A DNA stretch of 64,000 bases from Massalongia carnosa (taxonomy: Eukaryota): assembly GCA_965645245.1 (NCBI GenBank), contig OZ287068.1, forward strand, positions 1,488,001 to 1,552,000, in the 5' to 3' direction. The notes under the pieces were generated by a model, which was not told where the DNA came from, did not search any database, and saw nothing but the letters and a program-made list of their open reading frames with translations. Below, one piece after another: positions 58,893 through 64,000 of this stretch. How positions within the stretch are numbered: the first letter of the stretch is position 1; each line of letters begins with the position of its first letter. The position numbers and the translations under genes are program-made.

Positions 58893-61006
58893 TTTTTTTT
58901 ATTTATTTATTCATTAAGTGTATTCAACGTAAGGTTATGACACTAAACTATTTTAGGATATGTTTCTATATTACAAATAAATCAACCCTTTATAACCCAT
59001 CTAATTTTTCCCCATTTTTACTCCGTGTTAGTAACAACCTATAGTAATCGAAGAATATCGATTTTAAAATTTGTCTTTGTAAGTTCGTGAAAATTTCAGC
59101 ATAAATCCTTTCTGATTTTACTGTTCGATCTCTCCCCAACCTCCAGTTTCGAAAATCTCGTCATCAAGCTGACCTAGTATCCATTTTCTTGTCGCGATTT
59201 TGTTATTGACAATGAATTTAATCAAAATGTCATTTCCGATTTTTGTATTAAACAACATATTCAAGTTGATCGTAGTATCGATATTTTGTTTCATGTTTTG
59301 AATTTCATCGAAATAGTGAATGCAATTCAATAACAAGTGTTCTGGCGTTTGTCGTTGATTGCATCGATTTGTGCATTTTGACGAATTATAATCTTTCAAT
59401 CGCTGTAAATATGATCGAAAATAGCCGTGTCCGAATTTTAATTGCATAATAGTAGCAAATATCAATTTGGAACAGTTGTTTGATAAATAATAAAATCTCG
59501 ATATGCCAGGTTTCATTTCGAATTTCTCGTAGTATTTGCCTTTTGATTTGCATTGTTGCCATTGATTCGTCCATGTGGTTAGCATATTTTGATTTATTTG
59601 ATCTTTTACATAATCAAATGTTATCGCCGAGGACTCGACTAGGATTTGATTATGGCCCGTCTTTGCTATTTTGTCTGCAATTTCGTTTTCGGTAATATTT
59701 GAATGACTCGGAACCCATTGCAAAATCACCTGAAAATTGCTTTCAAATAAGAGTTTTGCGAGCTTACGAATTTGTCTGGCGAAAATATGATTTGTCAAGT
59801 TCTGAATTTCGTTTATCGCGTTTATACTATCAGAAAAAATCCAAATCGTTTTTTCTAAGTTCGATAAAATATTAGTATTCGACAATTTATAGACCCATTT
59901 CATTGCTTGTAAAATCGCATGCAGTTCAGCATTTTTAATGCTTGACTGTTTGCTTAATTTCCAGCTTTTCGAAATCGTATGATACTTGATCAGACAATCT
60001 TTTTCGATAAATCGATTAAAATTATTGATAATATTACTCCAATTCCTTATAATTGGAGCAAATGTGACTGCAGACGTCGCAAATTCGATTTTCGATCTAT
60101 CTGTATAAAGTAAAACTCGGGATTTATCGGAGTTCATTGATTTAATTTTGGATAAGGTCGAATAATAACTTGATTTAGCAGATTACTTTGTATTTTCGAT
60201 TTGAAATTCGATTTTGCAAGGCGATTTCCAAGGTTTAATAAAATGATTTGATTGTTCAAATTCATCAGTTTTGTGAACTATGTCGGAAACGGAATGAAGA
60301 ACGCGAATAAGCTGACTAGGATGTCGTTTATTTGTTTGTTTTTCGTCTTCGTTCCATTCGGCATATTTGTTGTTCCATAAACTTGTGTCAAAACCGATAT
60401 TTTCGAATTTTATCGAATATATGTTTGGAATTCTTTGACAAATAGGGTTATTTTCGGCAATCTTCAATAATCGAATTGCGTATTTTTGATTTTTCATTAA
60501 TAATCGAAGTTTAACTGGTAAAACATGTGATTCAATTTCCATCGCCTGAACAGGTGTGGTTTTGAAAGTTCCTAAAATCTATCGAATCATTTGATTTTGT
60601 AGGTTCTGAAATAGTTTTTCATATTTCTTTAGACCATTATACCAAATTTCTGAGCCGTAGTCCGAAATAGGAATAATGCATGACATATAGAGCTGTCTGC
60701 ATGCGGTCGGTTTCAGACCCCATTCGGATTTCATCAAATTCTGAATTGCAAAAAACGATCGATTCGCAGAAGAGATCCGCGTTTCGACGTGTTTTTTGAA
60801 ATTTAATTTTCGGTCTAACCAGACGCCCAACCATTTGACTACATTTTTCGGTTCTAGTACTGTCCCGTTTGGTAATTCCAATGTGTCTTTCGATAGATTT
60901 CTTGTCTTTTCGAAGTGAATCAGCTCGGATTTATCGTCATCAAATTTGACATTATTCGATGCGGCCCAATCAAAAGCCGTTTTGACTATGATTTCGATTT
61001 CTTTGC
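58893..61006 (-). mobile_element. LINE (Tad/I-type, RNase H-containing) 3' part, copy A (~2.1 kb)
   Basis: (TAAA)n+poly(A) tail at 58893; RT thumb VKWLGVWLDRKLNFKKH; RNase H YTD(R)SK..AELHAI..IFSDS..LQWVPSHS..NEIADKIAK; zinc knuckle C..C..QTPEHLLLNC; stops at 60183 and 60579. Confidence 0.92.
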
Positions 61007-62502
61007 TTTTTTTATTTATTTATTCATTAAGTGTATTCAACCTAAGGTTATGACACTAAACTATTTTAGGATATGTTTCTATATTACAAATAAATCAACC
61101 CTTTATAACCCATCTATGTATCGTCAATTTTTCCCCATTTTTACTCCGTGTTAGTAACAACCTATAGTAATCGAAAATTATCGATTTTACAATTTATCTT
61201 TGTAAGTTCGTAACTGTTTCAGCATAAATCGTTTCTGATTTTACTGTTCGATCTCTCCCCAACCTCCAGTTTCGAAAATATCGTCATCAAGCTGACCTAG
61301 TATCCATTTTCTAGTCGCGATTTTGTTATTGACAATGAATTTAATCAAAATGTCGTTTCCGATTTTTGTATTAAACAACATATTCAAGTTGATCGTAGTA
61401 TCGATGGTTTGTTTCATGTTTTGAATTTCATCGAAATAGTGAATGCAATTCAATAACAAGTGTTCTGGCGTTTGTCGTTGATTGCATCGATTTGAGCATT
61501 TTGACGAATTATAATCTTTCAATCGATGTAAATATGATCGAAAATAGCCGTGTCCGAATTTTAATTGTATAATAGTGGCAAATATCAATTTGGAACAGTT
61601 GTTTGATAAATAATAAAATCTCGATATGCCAGGTTTCATTTCGAATTTTTCTCTTAGTATTTGCCTTTTGATTTGCATTGTTGCCATTGATTCGTCCATG
61701 TGGTTAGCATATTTTGATTTATTTGATCTTTTACATAATCAAATGTTATCGCCGAGGACTCGACTAGGATTTGATTATGGCCCGTCTTTGCTATTTTGTC
61801 TGCAATTTCGTTTTCGGTAATATTCGAATGACTCAGAACCCATTGCAAAATCACCTGATAATTGCTTTCAAATAGGCGTTTTGCGAGCTTTCGAATTTGT
61901 CTTGCGAAAATATGATTTTTCAAGTTCTGAATTTCGTTTATCGCGTTTATACTATCAGAAAAAATCCAAATCGTTTTTTCCAAGTTCGATAAAATATTAG
62001 TATTAGACAATTTATAGACCCATTTCATTGCTTGTAAAATCGCATGCAGTTCAGCATTTTTAATGCTTGACTGTTTGCTTAATTTCCAGCTTTTCGAAAT
62101 CGTATGATACTTGATCAGACAATCTTTTTCGATAAATCGATCAAAATTATTGATAATACTACTCCAATTCCTCATAATTGGCGCAAATGTGACTGCAGAC
62201 GTTGCAAATTCGATTTTTGATCCATCCGTATAAAGTAAAACTCGGGATTTATCGGAGTTCATTGATTGAATTTTGGATAAGGTCGAATAATAACTTGATT
62301 TAGCAGATTCCTTTGTATTTTCGATTTGAAATTCGATTTTGCACGGCGAGTTCCAAGGTTTAATAAAATGATTTGATTGTTCAAACTCATCAGTTTTGTG
62401 AACTATGTCGGAAACGGAATGAAGAACGCGAATGAGCTGACTAGGATGTCGTTTATTTGTTTGTTTTTCGTCTTCGTTCCATTCGGCATATTTGTTGTTC
62501 CA
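61007..62502 (-). mobile_element. LINE 3' part, copy B (~1.5 kb), frameshift near 61650
   Basis: Poly(T) at 61007, same 3' UTR and RNase H ORF as copy A. Confidence 0.92.
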
Positions 62503-64000
62503 TTTTTTTTTTTCATTTATTCATTAAGTGTATTCAACCTAAGGTTATGACACTAAACTATTTTAGCATATGTTTCTATATTACAAATAAATCAACCCTT
62601 TATAACCCATCTATGTATCGTCAATTTTTCCCCATTTTTACTTCGTGTTAGTAACAACCTATAGTAATCGAAAAATATCGATTTTACAATTTATCTTTGT
62701 AAGTTCGTAACTGTTTCAGCATAAATCGTTTCTGATTTTACTGTTCGATCTCTCCCCAACCTCCAGTTTCGAAAATATCGTCATCAAGCTGACCTAGTAT
62801 CCATTTTCTAGTCGCGATTTTGTTACTGACAATGAATTTAATCAAAATGTCATTTCCGATTTTTGTATTAAACAACATATTCAAGTTGATCGTAGTATCG
62901 ATGGTTTGTTTCATGTTTTGAATTTCATCGAAATAGTGAATGCAATTCAATAACAAGTGTTCTGGCGTTTGTCGTTGATTGCATCGATTTGAGCATTTTG
63001 ACGAATTATAATCTTTCAATCGATGTAAATATGATCGAAAATAGCCGTGTCCGAATTTTAATTGCATAATAGTAGCAAATATCAATTTGGAACAGTTGTT
63101 TGATAAATAATAAAATCTCGATATGCCAGGTTTCATTTCGAATTTCTCGTAGTATTTGCCTTTTGATTTGCATTGTTGCCATTGATTCGTCCATGTGGTT
63201 AGCATATTTTGATTTATTTGATCTTTTACATAATCAAATGTTATAGCCGAGGACTCGACTAGGATTTGATTATGGCCCGTCTTTGCTATTTTGTCTGCAA
63301 TTTCGTTTTCGGTAATATTCGAATGACTCGGAACCCATTGCAAAATTACCTGATAATTGCTTTCAAATAAGCGTTTTGCGAGCTTTCGAATTTGTCTTGC
63401 GAAAATATGATTTGTCGAGTTATGAATTTCGTTTATCGCGTTTATACTATCAGAAAAAATCCAAATCGTTTTTTCCAAGTTCGATAAAATATTAGTATTA
63501 GACAATTTATAGACCCATTTCATTGCTTGTAAAATTGCATGCAGTTCAGCATTTTTAATGCTTGACTGTTTGCTTAATTTCCAGCTTTTCGAAATCGTAT
63601 GATACTTGATCATACAATCTTTTTCGATAAATCGATCAAAATTATTGATAATACTACTCCAATTCCTCATAATTGGCGCAAATGTGACTGCAGACGTTGC
63701 AAATTCGATTTTTGATCCATCCGTATAAAGTAAAACTCGGGATTTATCGGAGTTCATTGATTGAATTTTGGATAAGGTCGAATAATAACTTGATTTAGCA
63801 GATTCCTTTGTATTTTCGATTTGAAATTCGATTTTGCACGGCGATTTCCAAGGTTTAATAAAATGATTTGATTGTTCAAACTCATCAGTTTTGTGAACTA
63901 TGTCGGAAACGGAATGAAGAACGCGAATGAGCTGACTAGGATGTCGTTTATTTGTTTGTTTTTCGTCTTCGTTCCATTCGGCATATTTGTTGTTCCATAA
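62503..64000 (-). mobile_element. LINE 3' part, copy C (runs off window), frame intact in view
   Basis: Poly(T) at 62503; ORF 62738..63757 with intact YTDGSK, and the frame stays open towards the window end. Confidence 0.92.

Noticed and set aside
1..64000. Starship or other giant cargo element; secondary-metabolite cluster
   Set aside because: No tyrosine recombinase (DUF3435) captain, PKS or NRPS visible; gene islands are ordinary housekeeping genes
58893..64000. Tandem segmental duplication of a host RNase H gene
   Set aside because: Each unit starts at a poly(A) tail, units have different 5' extents, and copy A includes RT thumb motifs

Overview
Eukaryotic (filamentous ascomycete, Pezizomycotina-type) genomic DNA. 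Three islands of intron-containing housekeeping genes are present. Island 1 (~4.1-7.3 kb): ABC1/UbiB kinase and a P-loop kinase. Island 2 (~23-27.8 kb): small conserved protein, mitochondrial carrier, QCR7, MAG1. Island 3 (~34.4-44.8 kb): ECM33, Anp1-family mannosyltransferase, SPF45, secreted amidase, proline-rich orphan. They are separated by dense, deeply nested transposon blocks: pogo/Fot1 and Tc1 DNA transposons with TA TSDs, two full-length chromodomain Ty3/Gypsy retrotransposons with 5-bp TSDs, palindromic TA-MITEs, a hAT-type MITE family with 8-bp TSDs, a Tigger/CENP-B-like element, and a head-to-tail array of three RNase H-containing LINE 3' ends running off the right edge. Most TE ORFs carry a few stops or frameshifts. 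The most notable signals are the polarised LINE array, tRNA-independent self-priming signatures in both Gypsy elements, a 13-kb nest built inside a hairpin MITE, and an over-represented TACGGAGTA motif. All coordinates were read by eye; no database searches were run.
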